Position numbers and translations under genes: made by a program. From Octopus vulgaris (Eukaryota), in assembly GCA_951406725.2 (NCBI GenBank), contig OX597823.1:54250001-54314000 (forward strand): DNA of 64,000 nt, read 5' to 3'. Shown here piece after piece: positions 10,230 to 23,215 of this stretch (within the stretch, counting starts at the first letter, position 1; each line of letters opens with the position of its first letter). The notes under the pieces were generated by a model. The model was given only the letters and a program-made list of their open reading frames with translations, did not search any database and was not told where the DNA came from.

Positions 10230-13200
10230 TTAGTTAGTTAGTTAGTTAGTTAATTTGGCTCAAAAGCAAATAGCAAGGCCATGTAGGGGAACATGGAGTT
10301 AAGTACAGGGTGGTGTTCATGTAAAGAGTTCAGGCCACTTGAGGTCCAGGGAGGCTTTGAACAAAGCGGTCGTCGGCATCTTCACCATCTCGTCTGGCAG
10401 CTTGTTCCACGGATCCGCAACCCGGACAGAGAAAGCTCCTCTCCTTCGATTGAGATGAAATCGTCGCAGGTAGAGCTTTTTGGAATGACCCCGCAGCCGA
10501 CGCTCTGGAGCAGGAGTGAAGAACAGCTCTTTTGAGAGGTTACACTTTCCGCTTATGATGTTGTGGGCGAGAATGAGATCACCACGGCGGCGGCGTTTTT
10601 CAAGAGAATAAAGGTCGAGCGTCCGCAGCCTTTCTTCGTAGGACAAATTTTTGAGACCATGAACCATGCGGGTAGCCAGCTTCTGGACTCTTTCGAGATG
10701 CTGTATGTCTTTGAGGAGATAAGGAGAAGAGGCTTGAATCCCATACTCCAATATGGGTCTCACCAGCGTGACATAGAGTGGTAGGAATATGGCTGCTGTG
10801 AGCATTCCGAATGACCGTCGAATCAAAAACAGAATTCCGCGTGCTTTGTTGGCAGCATGGACGCACTGGGCCGAAGGCGAAAAGGAGGAATCCACCAAGA
10901 TACCCAGGTCCTTTACCTGATCGGTCCTCTCCAGCAGCAGACGACCCAGCTCGAAATCAAGTTGAGTTGCAGGAGGAGAGCCAACAGGCAGATGACAGCA
11001 CTTTGACACGTTCAGACACAAGTCCCAATCGTTAGACCACTTCCAAATTTGGTGGAGGCATCGACGAAGATCCTCTATATCACCACGAGAAGCGACCAGT
11101 TTGATATCGTCGGCAAATAGAAGGGTGTGTTGCGTGAGGTCGTCGGGCAAGTCATTTATGAAGACTAAGAACAACAAGGGCCCAAGCACTGAACCTTGAG
11201 GCACGCCACTGCTCGCACTGGAGACGTCGGACCGCGAACCATTAACTTGGACTTGGAAGGAGCGATCTGAGGGAAAGCCACAAACCCATCATACAATATC
11301 CGGATGGAAACTATATGTTTGAAGCTTGACAAGTAATAGGCGGTGGTTTACCGAGTCAAAAGCTTTGGCAAAGTCCAATAAAACGATGTCAACAGCATCA
11401 CTATCATCGAGGATGCGCGTCACCAATTCTTCCATTACTAGTAAGTTGGTCAAGCATGATCTCTTTGGCACGAAGCCGTGTTGGGAATCAGAGATAGAGG
11501 CTGTGTTTAGGAGGTGGAGCATCATACTTTTTTCTTAAGGATGGTTTCGAACATCTTGCTGATTATTGATGTAAGGGAAACCGGTCGGTAGTTAAGCGGG
11601 TCTTCGCGGCTCCCTTTCTTGAAAATTGGGCAGATTATCGCTGTTCTCCAGTCTGCAGGTATAACACCCGTCACCAATGACATATTGAATAGACGTGTTA
11701 AGGGCTCACAGATGACCGGAGCCAACGCTTTGATAACCCGTGGGTGTATGCCGTCAGGGCCGTGACCCTTGTTGACATCGAGACCTTGAATAACACGTTT
11801 GACTTCGTCCCGCGTGATGACCAATCGAAGCATTGGAGGTACCGATCTATCAAATGGAGGGGGTTCACGACCATCATCTTGTTTGAAAATAGTTGAAAAA
11901 GCCTCGGCAAATAATTGACTCTGTTGATAAGGGTCCTCAATCGATACGCCTGTTGAGTCTACCAACGTTGCAATCTGGTTGTTCAAGCAGGAATTCCCCT
12001 GGACATGGGCAAAGAAGGTTTTTGGATTGCTACTGGCATTTGCCACGATTTTGTATTCATAACTGAAGCATTCTTTCTTTTCAATTTTCACGGCTCGGTC
12101 TCGTTGAGTTTTGTACACCTCAAAAGCTGCAGTCGAATCCAGATTTTTGAATTCAGCCCAAGCAATATCTCTGAGTCGACGTTCTCGTTTAACCTTCTTC
12201 GTCACCCAGGGCTTGTGTTTCTTCTTCTTGGGAAGCCCAACGGGAACTGCCTGGTCAGTCAAACAGATTACATATGCTTTGAGGGATGACCATAGTTCGT
12301 CAACTGAGGACAACGTCATCAGGGATCGCTAGTCCAGAAGCGTGGAAGCCTCGGTTAGAATTTCAAGATTAATTGCAGAGAAGACTCTACGTGGCAGCGA
12401 AGTAGTCGTGGGCGTAGAAAAAGTTGTGTGCATGACGAACTTCAGGACCGCATGATCACTTTTAGCAAGAGGGGCGCACACAGATACGTCTGACACTGAT
12501 CTTGGATAGCGGAAGAATACCAGATCTAGCATAGATGGGTGCTGCCCAAACCGATGCCTTGTCGGATATTCAACATGTTGCGATAGAAAACAATCTTCAG
12601 CCACGTCAAGAAGGGCCTGGCCGAACCAGGAAGATGTTGTACAAATTGATGCGGGCCAATCGATTGTGGGAGCGTTGAAGTCTCCTAGTACCAAACAGTC
12701 ATGCGAAGCTGAAACGAATCTTATTGCTTCGAGTAAATGAGCATCGTCCTGGGGGTCGGCAAGAGGCGGCCTGTAGACAGCCAACACGGGCAGGCAAAAC
12801 TCGGATAGGCTCAGCTTGCAATAGACGGCATCGAATTTTGTTGTAGGTTGAGCATTAGTGGGTAGAATACCGCTGGACGGTTTGTGCTCAGACTTAACAT
12901 ACACAGCAACACCTCCACCTCGCCTTTTTCCTCTGTCACATCTGAAAAGGACATAGCCCTGCAGGTGGATTTCTGAGTCCTTTACTGCTGGAGTCAGCCA
13001 AGTCTCGGTGATAGCTATCACATCAGGGGAGTCACGTATGGCCAGTGTAAATAGTTCACTGAACTTTGGGAATAAGGAGCACGAGTTGGTATAGACGATG
13101 CTGAGCTGTGAAGTCTGAGGGGCGGGAGTTGGGGAACAAGCAGAATAAGGGGTATCAGAGATAGCATCGTTGATGGGGGTATCAACTTCACTTCGATTTG

Positions 13201-13320
13201 CCCTCACTTCACTTTCCCTGTCAGCACTACAGCATGGGACCAGAGGTAGGACTTGATTATCTGTCCATCTTGGATGCGTAAACCCTTCTCTCCCATTTGT
13301 TTCCTCATCTTTAGTTCGGA
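10230..13320 (-). mobile_element. CR1-group LINE, 5'-truncated: ORF1 C-terminal remnant plus disrupted APE-RT ORF2
   Basis: APE motifs (ITETWL, LGDFNAP, LDLVF, SDH) at 12329-13207. RT motifs (NYRPVSLTS, LDFAKAFDSV, PQGSVLGP, LFADD) at 10317-12319. One in-frame stop and two frameshifts; (TAAC)n 3' tail at about 10230-10252. Confidence 0.96.
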
Positions 13321-13358
13321 TATTAGGTTTCTCTAATATTAGGTTTCTCTAATAACTA

Positions 13359-13762
13359 GGCGCAGGAGTGGCTGTGTGGTAAGTAGCTTGCTTACCAACC
13401 ACATGGTTCCGGGTTCAGTCCCACTGTGGCACCTTGGGAAAGTGTCTTCTATTATAGCCTCGTGCCAACCAAAGCCTTGTGAGTGGATTTGGTTGATGGA
13501 AACTGAAAGAAGCCCGTCGTATATATGTATATAGTCATATGTATGTGTATATGTTTGTGTATCTGTGTTTGTCCCCCCAACATCGCTTGACAACCAATGC
13601 TGGTGTGTTTACATCCCTGTAACTTAGCGGTTCGGCATAAGAGACCAATAGAATAAGTACTAGGCTTACAAAAAATAAGTCCTGGGGTCGATTTGCTCGA
13701 CTAAAGGTGTTGCTCCAGTATGGCCGCAGTCAAATGACTGAAACAAGTAAAAGAGAGAGAGA
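13359..13762 (+). mobile_element. Full-length tRNA-derived CORE-like SINE with internal microsatellite (family also at about 25076-25448, 29096-29445, 38282-38660, 39915-40287, 63300-63843)
   Basis: A/B-box-like head (TGGCTGTGTGG...GGTTCAGTCCC), a ccttggg(c)aagtg core, an internal TA/TG tract and a conserved 3' end cagtcaaatgactgaaacaagtaaaag(ag)n. Confidence 0.9.
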
Positions 13763-13984
13763 GTAGTACAGCAGCAAAGTACCTCATCATCATCATCATC
13801 ATCATCATTTAATGTTCATTTTCCATGCTGTTGTGAGATGGATGATTTGACAGGAGCTGGCAAGCCAGAGAGTTGCACCAAGCTCCATAGCTGGATGCTC
13901 TTCCTAATGCCAATCAGTTTACAGAGTGTACTGGGTACTTTTTATGTGGCACCAGCAGAAATACTTTTTATTTGGCATCAGCAT

Positions 13985-14370
13985 GAAAATAATATTTTGG
14001 CAAAAGAATTTGACAAGCTCAAAAAATATTAAATTTTGCTCATTGAAATTGAAAAAAATGTGGTATCAGTTATTGTAGGAACACTAGGAATCATCAAAAA
14101 CAGAAGTGAAAATTATTTGAGAATGATCCCAGGCTTACCATCCCTGCAAAAAGTGCAAAAGATTGTTTCAACTGGTACATCACACATATTGAGAAGAGTA
14201 TTGTTGCTGTGAGAATTATTGCCTTCTAGTAATTTTTTTTCTACATAACTTCATTTGATTTTGTAAATTAACAATTTAGTGTGTTTATTTTAGTGGTCTA
14301 TCAATGCATACAGTGAGTTTCTTTGCCCTAAGTGTCAGGAAGATGGCAAGAAATGGGAACAAAATTGATG
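13985..14370 (+). pseudogene. R4/Dong-like RLE non-LTR 3' fragment
   Basis: KEFDKLKKY...VIVGTLGIIK...IPGLPSLQKVQKIVSTGTSHILRRVL. Confidence 0.7.
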
Positions 14371-15685
14371 GAAAAAAAACTCATAAAAATAATAATCCTT
14401 CCTGCTATAGGCTCAAGGTCTGAAATTTTGCGGGAGGAGTCTATTTGATTTAATCAACCACAGTATTTGGCCAGTACTTATTTTTATCAACCCCAAAAGA
14501 ATGAAAGGCAAAATTGACCTCAATGGAGTTTGAACTTGGAATGTAAAGACAGACAACTCATAATAATACTAATGATGTTAGCCCCTATTCCCCACTTAAT
14601 TATAAATTCAGCAGATCAACACAACCAGTTAACAAATGAACTATTGAGAAACTGAAGAACAAATGTAGAACAAAGCTCTTCAGCTTGTTGATGATCATAA
14701 ACCAACAGTAAAAATCTAACATGAAATTCATTTGCAGCTTTAAGAACTTATAAGTAGTCACTTTAAAATCACATGCTGCAATATAATAATATATACTGAC
14801 ATAAACCTATCCAGGCAAACAGTTGAAAAACTGACCAAACATCAAGGGTGTCTCAACCCATAAGAAATAGCAGCCAAATCTTCTTCAACTCATCAGAACA
14901 TATTGAATAATATCTAGAGAAAAGATGAAATGGTTTATGACTAGGATACCTTTCATCACAAATTTTGTTCAATCAGAGCTGACATTGAGGTAAACAACAA
15001 CACCACCAGCGAAGAGTGATTTTCAACATGAGTGATGTTCAAGTGCTGCGCTTGGAGACATCTAGGTGTGCCTTGGAATTTAAAAATATAATCTAAGATT
15101 TTAGAAAAATCCAGACTAATTCTTGAGTATTTTGAAGGCATATTATCGATAATGTTGTAAAGAACAAGAACTATAAGTTAAAGAAGATATCTTTTATATT
15201 TTACTTGTCTCAGTCATTGGACTGCAACCATACTGGAGCACTGCCTTTAAGGGTACTTATAGAACAAATCAAATCCAGTGCTTATTTTTTTTTTACTTGG
15301 TACTTATTTTATAGGTTTCTTTTGCTGAACTAAATATTTAGAGGGACACAAACAAACCAACGCCCATTATTAGGTGGTGGTGGTGGTGGTGGTGAAAGAC
15401 AACATGACAAATATAGAGACACACATAGATATCACAAGCTCGTGTGTGAGCTGCCTGGGGCAGCCCTTCAGTTTTCCACCCCCAGGGGCTCCACAAAATA
15501 TATATATTGCCTACAGCAGACCCAAAAGTGGTGCTGCCTGGGGCAGACCACCCCCTCCACCCCTCTTCCTCTAGCTATACTGGTGATAGATAAATATAAG
15601 CACAAACACACATGCACACACATATAGTCTGATTCATGTAAGCAAAGAAAAGTGGATGTTGAAAGTATGATGATAATGATATATG

Positions 15686-15735
<50 letters not shown>

Positions 15736-15869
15736 TATATGTGTATGTATATCTATCCATCTATACATATATGTGTGTGTGTGTGTGTGTGTGTGTTTGT
15801 ATATAGATGACATATTTGTCATGGGTGATATATTTGTCATGAACGACAAATGAGAGTTTGGTAAAATAA

Positions 15870-16560
15870 AGCATTGATCATGTTCTGTGGACATGAATAT
15901 GTTTTTTGAGGCCTGTTGGTGCCTTGCAAACCTTTTGGAAACTGGAACAAGTTGATGACTCAGTTTGCTCGAGTGCTTGTGGATCATTTACTATGTGGTT
16001 TCTTGAGTGGGTGGCAAGGCCTGCTTTGCATCGTGCTACAGAACTACAATGACAGGTAAAATTTCCATTTAGAGGAGCAGTGTTTTGCCAGTGTGCCTTC
16101 ATGTTTGCATGAAGTTGGTCCTGGTGTTGAAGTCGATTTTGCTCAAATCCATCAACTGCTTTGTTTTCCCAAGAATAAAAGGGAATGTTTTATCACTTCA
16201 GATTGTCTTTTAGTTTGTCTTTGAAGTGCAAGAGTTGCCTTCCAACTGAACTTTGGAAATTGGCCAAAGAGAAGTTACTTCAGAATTCTGATATAACTCA
16301 TCCGTGAGAGATGTCCTGACCATCTGAGCTATATTCTGATGAGGATGGCATTTTGTAAGTACCTCACTAAACATGTACACTCAGTTGCATCAGCCTTCTT
16401 TTTTGGCACAAAATATACTATCACATGACACCAAGGCACCAAGGAGTGTAGCAGGTTATAAATTTAATCACATGTTCATTCTCTACAAACACTTGACAGA
16501 AAACATTCAGAGCATTGATTGCTTGGACATGTTCAGTCAACCATGTCAGCCTTAACTTAT
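15870..16560 (-). pseudogene. RTE-clade LINE 3' fragment with C2H2-like zinc fingers
   Basis: Decayed LRWSGHL..M motif and C-terminal FTCHC...GLATHSRNH / KVCKAPTGLKKHIHVH. Confidence 0.7.
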
Positions 16561-16732
16561 GACACCAAACATTGTCACTTGATACTAACACACAGATGTA
16601 GCAGTGAACCTATAAAAATTTCTAAGATCAGTTATGTGGCTATCTTCTACCAATCAAATCCTATTAAAAAAATATACTAATTTGAGCCATGAACTCCCTA
16701 TAAAAAGAGGAAAAACTTCAAACACTTGTCAG

Positions 16733-18450
16733 CAGTGTTGCCAACTTAAAATCAGAATTTTATGCTAAATTTCAGTAGAAAAGAATACCAAAAAAAAAAT
16801 GCTAAAAAATGCTAAATATGACAAAAAAAAAAATGATAAAATGCTAAAGACCAATTCATATCAAAAAGCTTAATTTTTATTTACTTTCTTTGATTATATT
16901 CAGCATTGAGAAATAATTTTTTGAATTGCATTGATTTGATCACTTTCAGCTGCAGTGCTTAGGTCTTGACTTCTGTATACATTCAAGGTTCCAATCTTGT
17001 TAATTGTGTGTTTTGGAATATTGAAGTTTTTGCAACATTTGCCATATCTTTTCAGGCCATATTTTATAGACAGTATTGATCTAAGCATAGGAAGATGTAT
17101 TTTGTTTTTCAATTTTGATGCGATTACACCCATACTACTGAACAACTTTGAGTTTGGCAATGTTAACAGATTAATGGCAAAATTTACAACATCTCTAAAA
17201 GGATTTCCTCCAGTAGCATCTTTATATTCCAAGACTTCCAGCCAGAATGCCTCAGTATTTGATGTATTTGTCCATTTAACTAAATGAATGCTATTAAACT
17301 GAGTTTCAATTGAAGCAATTTTTTTCTTCATATGAATGCATTGTTTCTAAGACAGGTAAAATTGGCTCTTTGAAATGCTGCAAAATATTCTCTACTGAAA
17401 AACATTTGATATTTCTCAGTATATTAATATTTCCTGGCAAACGGTGTTTGCGCTCTTTATAAAGGCAGAGTAAAAATTGTTGTGCTCTTTTGCGAATATT
17501 ATTTTCTTCAGTGGCTGTTACAGTCTTCTTGATAATCATTTCTGCTATCTTTCTCTCGAACCTGTAGCCTAAATTTGGTTTAGGATCCAGAAATTTTTCA
17601 ATAGAAGCATCCGTGTCAAGAGCATCAATTCTACATGTTGGCAACACTAACATATTAGCAACAGATTTGATCAAATTTGAAAGAACTTCAAGTAATTTTG
17701 TTTTGTCAACAATGTTTGATTCAAACAGTTTATTCACTTCTGAACATGTTTTAAAATTGGATGCAAAAATAAAAGGTAAAGTTCATTTCTAGAATCACAA
17801 AACATTCCATGTAACGTTTGTGCTGTAAAGCATTTTTATTTTGTAGTTGTAGTTTGGAAGTGAGTTTGCAAAACCATTGGCTTAAAATTTTACCTACCAC
17901 TTGTTCTATTGACAGCCACCTAGTTGTACAAGAATTCATGATCTTCAAAGGCTCTTTATCATTGATAGCAAGGTAAAGTTGTTTGTAGGCACTTTGTCTT
18001 GTTGAAGAATGAGAAGACCATTTATAGGTTTTGGATGCTAAAAATTCTAAATTTATGGGTAGACATTCAGCACAAGTGCGAGATACTGCCAACTGTAAAG
18101 AATGACATACACATCTAAATAGAAGTAATGATGGAACTTCTTTTAATTTCTGGAAAACACCATTGTTGACTCCTATCATTACTCTAGCATTGTTTGTTCC
18201 TAAAGTCAGTAAATTTTTTATATCTAATTCCTTTTTCACTAATTCACTAATATATACATACACACACACACACACATTCATATATTCTAGCAAATGCACC
18301 CATCCTTTGGACAGTATAATTTATTATAATGGTGCACTCCTGTTGACAATGGAAGTTGAATTAGCCCACAGTTAGAAGTCGTTTCAATTGGTATGCCTAG
18401 AATGTATAATTACCATTTTCTTTAGCAGGTTATGATATGGTATTAAGAAA
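16733..18450 (-). mobile_element. hAT (Tip100-like) transposon with frameshifted transposase
   Basis: TIR CAGTGTTGCCAAC at 16733. ORF pieces carry LGTNNARVMIG, CVCHSLQL (CxxH), TRWLS and the C-terminal dimerisation region. Other terminus not found. Confidence 0.88.
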
Positions 18451-18899
18451 CTTAATACTGTTTTTGAACACAAATTTGATACTTAGTAATAAATGAAAGT
18501 CCATGAAATGAAGTTGTTATTGCAGTAGGCATTAGGAATCCTATATATTACTTGAAATGTTTTGTATCATGTACTTATTTTCCTCATAATACTCACACAA
18601 CTGCAGTGAAGTTTTTTTTCAATGAAAGTCATGTGTGATAAAGAAAAGCAAACATTTATGGCAAACCTGCAAATAGAATAATGGCATGTACAAAAATAAA
18701 TGTCTGAGCATATTTATGAGCAATCAGCGTATGTGAAGGAAGAAAGGTAATTGAAAGTAATGTACTATTAACAGCAATCAGGGAAATGAAGCAAAATATA
18801 AATTAAATGCCTACAGGAAGTCTGATTGCTTAGGGCTACAGTTTGGCATAGATGTGAAGAATGCAGTAGAGGAATAACTACTGTAGGGCTGCTTCGTAG

Positions 18900-19410
18900 A
18901 TAACATTTTTTGTTTTCCTTCAGGAGCATAGATGAATAAGTTGTCTGGTTGGCTAACCCTGGAACAACCGACGAAGAACAGTCCATGTGAAAAGCATGAT
19001 TTTTTAAGGTCTGATCTGACAATTTTCAGTGACTGACCTTGTGCTTTGTTTATTGTCATGGCAAAACTGAGTTTCAGAGGGAACTGAAGTCTCCGCATAA
19101 GACAGGGGCAGTCTGTTGGGGGTTAGTGGGATTTTCGGAATGAAAGCGGTATTGCTTTTGCCATGTCGTGTGATGATTTGGGCTTCAATGACATGGTTCA
19201 TCATTTGGTTGACTGACCACAAGGCGAGTTCCTTGGCATAGTGTGGGTGCATTTAGATTGTGCAGGTGGATGACAAGGCAACTAACTTTCAAGTGAAGTT
19301 CATGGGGAGGGAGTCCTGGAGGATCTTGGGAGTTAAGAAATTCAGTTGGAAAGTGTGTAGCCTGATCGAGGCTGGTAACAGTGTTAACTGATCTGAAACA
19401 ACGTTCAAAA
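18900..19410 (-). pseudogene. Helitron PIF1-type helicase C-terminal remnant
   Basis: RRLQFPLKLSFAMTINKAQGQSLK and LNSQDPPGLPPHELHLKV motifs, split by frameshifts. Confidence 0.88.
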
Positions 19411-19976
19411 CTCTATAACTGTCACAACTTGGTATGGTTACGTGAAGGAAGTGCTAAGGTGCAAATATTGGCAGTTTGCTTTGAATGGGCATTATAAAAA
19501 CTGTATAACTGTAACAACTTGGTATGAGTAAAAGCATATGTATAATATGTATTAATTTCTGAAGGGATTAAAAGATAATTAAAATTTGATTTAAATTGCA
19601 TGGCTACGTGAAGGTAATGCTAATATACAAATATGGTCGATTGGCAGTGAATGAGCATTGCAAAGAATTACGGTCGGTCATATATACACACAAAATCTTT
19701 GAGTCTAAGGGAGACAATCAATTTCTGTTACTTCCCAAAGAGTTGTTTCACTTGTCCACTGTAGAAGGGTTTTCTCAGCTTCTGACCATTTTCTAAGTTT
19801 CTGAACTTGAACCTCCAGAACTCCATATTACACCATGAGTAAAAAGTCTAAAGAGTGCACAACCATCTGTAGAACATAAGTGATGTATCTTCCAAACGTG
19901 AACGAAATCAGATAAAAAATATTGGTTTTACGTGAGATCAAGCCAATGGTCGGTCACATACACATTTCCCGTCTTA

Positions 19977-19981
19977 TACAC

Positions 19982-20042
<61 letters not shown>

Positions 20043-20053
20043 TATACATGTAT

Positions 20054-20085
<32 letters not shown>

Positions 20086-20130
20086 GCACACATATACATA
20101 TATATGTGTGTGTGCGTACATATATATGTA

Positions 20131-20193
<63 letters not shown>

Positions 20194-20201
20194 ATACACA
20201 G

Positions 20202-20235
<34 letters not shown>

Positions 20236-20250
20236 ACTTACATACATATT
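19977..20250. repeat. Compound (CA)n/(TA)n/(TG)n microsatellite
   Basis: Directly visible dinucleotide arrays. Confidence 0.95.
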
Positions 20251-21669
20251 GCAGGCTTCTTTCTGTGCACAAAATCCAAACACTAGACTTTGGTCAACCG
20301 AGAGCTATAGTAGAAAATATTTGTCCAAGTTACTGCCCTGTCATGGGACTGACCTGATTAGCAAGGATCTCGAGAAAGAGTCTAGTTTAAACATACCTTC
20401 TGTTAAATTATAATTTTTGTAGCTTTGAATACATACTCTAAAATTCTTCTTATTCATTACATTTGACAATCATTTCACAACAGTTCTGATAAGATTGATA
20501 GTCATTACTCATTGTCCTAAGCATCGCATTATTTGTGTTGCAGTTAGGTATGTCACGTTTATCTTCTTTTAATCTAATGACTAAATATTTCGCAATTTCG
20601 TCTATGTTTCACGGTTTACATCAGCATTTGGGTTTTCTGAAATATTATTTCTCACTAACATCGACTTAATGGTAGAAGTGTACCTACTAGTTGTATTCAC
20701 ATAGACATCACATCTGATTAAATCGTCTGTGGTATGTAAAAATTAGCCTTCTAGCCCAGGGGCTTATTTTTTTTACATGTCGTGAGCCCTGCACTTGATT
20801 TGACTGGATTTCAAGTAAAAATAGCCAATAGAAAATGATTTACGATCACGTAAAAATAGACACTGCGTTTTTAAAATAAATTTAAAACAATCAGATAAAT
20901 ACTTCATAAAAAGTATGAAATAATTTTCTTACATTTCAGCAGTCTTGCTGCCTAGCCTATCCAGCTCCTGGTTTTGAGTCCCGACAAGTTGAAGTGATCA
21001 GACGGTCCGCAGTCTGAAGAAATAGAAAGACAACCGATGTCGCTTATGCCTGACTCAGGCGACCCCAGCCCACCCGCACATTCTAAGCTTACCTGACCTA
21101 CGCGTCCACATCAACATTTGTGACGTGATGTTATACCATGACAGGCCAAGCTGACCTCAACCATACTACATAAACACTGGCTGATATGCAACATACAAAA
21201 AGGGTCACTAAAACATAATTAATCGTTGAAAATAAACTTAACAGATATGCAGTCTTAAAGACGAAGACGATCACTATGCTCGCGTCCTTAGCCGCCCACG
21301 ACCCACCTTAGGTAACGTGTAAAAGCTGACGATCGTGGAAATTTCCTTGTCTTTGTTACGCCCTCCTTGGTGCTCCCTGGTATATCTCGCCCCGGGCGAC
21401 TACCCGAGTTGCCGATACCTTGAGCCGGCTCTGACAGTGAGTCATCTGGATCATGTTTAGACCTTTCGCCAGATTATTTAATAGGCTAACATAAGTTGTC
21501 CACAACTGCAGATTGTTGGCTACAGGTTCTATCATGAAAAGAGTACAAGAAGTAAATAAATCTTATTATTTGACTTTTATTAGCACTCAAACATTAAACA
21601 AACTTTAGTTATAATACAGGGATTGTCTGAAAACAAAACAATATAAACAAAAACTTAATATGCTCAACG

Positions 21670-22020
21670 ATTAATGAGAATAATATTACAGTTGGGATAC
21701 GTGGTCTGGTTTTCAATCGGTGACGACAACAAGTGTTCCAGCTGATTCAATCAACAGAACAGTCTACTTGTGGAATTAACATGCAAGTGGCTGAACATGG
21801 ATACCCTTAACATAGTCCCCAGGGAGATTCAGCGTGACACAACGAATGCGACAAGTCTAGCCCACCGAAATACAGGTACAACTCAATTCTAGCAGCTGCG
21901 TGAACTGGAGCAATGCGAAATAAACTGTGTGTTGCTCAAGGAGACTATACACTACCGGGAATCGAATTCATGACTCTTAAGATCGCGAGTTGAATACCCA
22001 AGCCATTAAGCCACACGCAT
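21670..22020 (-). mobile_element. tRNA-derived SINE, third family (also about 26103-26343, 59960-60330, 60650-60987)
   Basis: Minus-strand head gcgtgtggcttaatgg...gaattcgattcccgg and core ccttgagcaa...tttatttc.cattgctccagt shared with 44092-44351. Confidence 0.8.
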
Positions 22021-22048
22021 TCGGCATAAACATGAGTATGCATATATA

Positions 22049-22558
22049 CCGTAAATCCTCGAGTATAATCCGCATTTTTCCCCAAAATTTAAAGGTCAAA
22101 ATCCCTAGTGCGTACTATATGCGAGGTTAAAAATGAAGATTATTTTCTAAGCAATGTCCGAGTCTCTATTTGCTGTCTGGCTATGTTTATTCAGACGCAT
22201 TTTGTGATGTCGGGCGCGAAAATACCTTAAGCTAAGCCTGAAAGCAATGAAGTCATAAAACAATAATCTAAAACTTGCAATAAGCAACATTTATTAAACG
22301 TTATTACTGCTATTTCTTTATTTTCTGTAAACAAAATGCAAAAAAAGCTACACGTTTGCATTATGTTATATATACAATAATAATAAAGGACGTTACGGTA
22401 TACATTTTTACAAACCAAGGTCGTTATATAGACCTCCTTGACTCAAGTTAGAGAAGGGGTGCGTATTATACACAAGGTTTAGGTTTTGCAGAGGTACAGC
22501 CCCCTAAAAATCCCCTGCGTATTATACTCAAGGGCGGACTATACTCGAGGATTTATGG
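22049..22558. mobile_element. Tc1/mariner-superfamily (pogo/Tigger-like) MITE
   Basis: 25-bp TIRs CCGTAAATCCTCGAGTATAATCCGC / GCGGACTATACTCGAGGATTTATGG with TA on both sides. Confidence 0.92.
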
Positions 22559-22687
22559 TATGTGTGTGTGTGTGTGTACATACAAATACAGTCATAGATA
22601 TATGGAGAAGGAGAGAACTCCTACTCGATGGGTTTCCATGTGGTGGATAGGAGAATGATATGTAGTTTTAGGAGTTAGTGGTGAATA

Positions 22688-23215
22688 TTCTTTTCTACCC
22701 TAGGCACAAGGCCCGAAATTTTGGGGGAGCATGCCAGTCTATTAGATCGACACCAGTACGCAACTGGTACTTAATTTCATCCCGAAAAGGTGAAAGGTAA
22801 AGTCGACTTCGGCAGAATTTGAACTCAGAACGTAAAGACAGACGAAATACGGCTAAGCATTTCGCCCGGCGTGCTAACTTTTTTATTTCTTTATTGCCCA
22901 CAAGGGGCTAAACATAGAGGGGACAAACAAGGACAGGCAAAGGTATTAAGTCGATTACATCGATCCCAGTGTGTAACTGGTACTTAATTTATCGACCCCG
23001 AAAGGATGTCGACCTCGGCGGAATTTGAACTCAGAACGTAACGGCAGACGAAATGCTACAACGCATTTCGCCTGGCGTGGTTACGTTTTTGACAGCTTGC
23101 CGCCTTAAAAATATTCTTTTCTACTCTAGGCACAAGGCCCAAAGTTTTTGGGGAGGGGTGGCGGGCAGTCGATTAGATCGACCCCAGTACGCCCGGCGTG
23201 CTAACGTTTCTGCCA
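22688..23215 (-). mobile_element. Three tandem Nin-domain-like SINE copies, CpG-intact
   Basis: Repeated cgaccccgaaaggatg...gtcgacctcggcggaatttgaactcagaacgta and cgcccggcgtgctaac motifs. Confidence 0.88.

Noticed and set aside
13359-13430. tRNA genes at SINE heads
   Set aside because: A/B boxes are present but there is no cloverleaf, and they run into SINE bodies.
21010-21045. CTGAAGA…GAAA hammerhead-like string
   Set aside because: No stem II, and no A15.1-U16.1 pair or NUH site.
21005-21472. Possible RNase P RNA on the minus strand (gaaaggtctaaa … ttcagact)
   Set aside because: The P4 pairing has a mismatch and the other conserved regions are not recognisable. A cmsearch would settle it.
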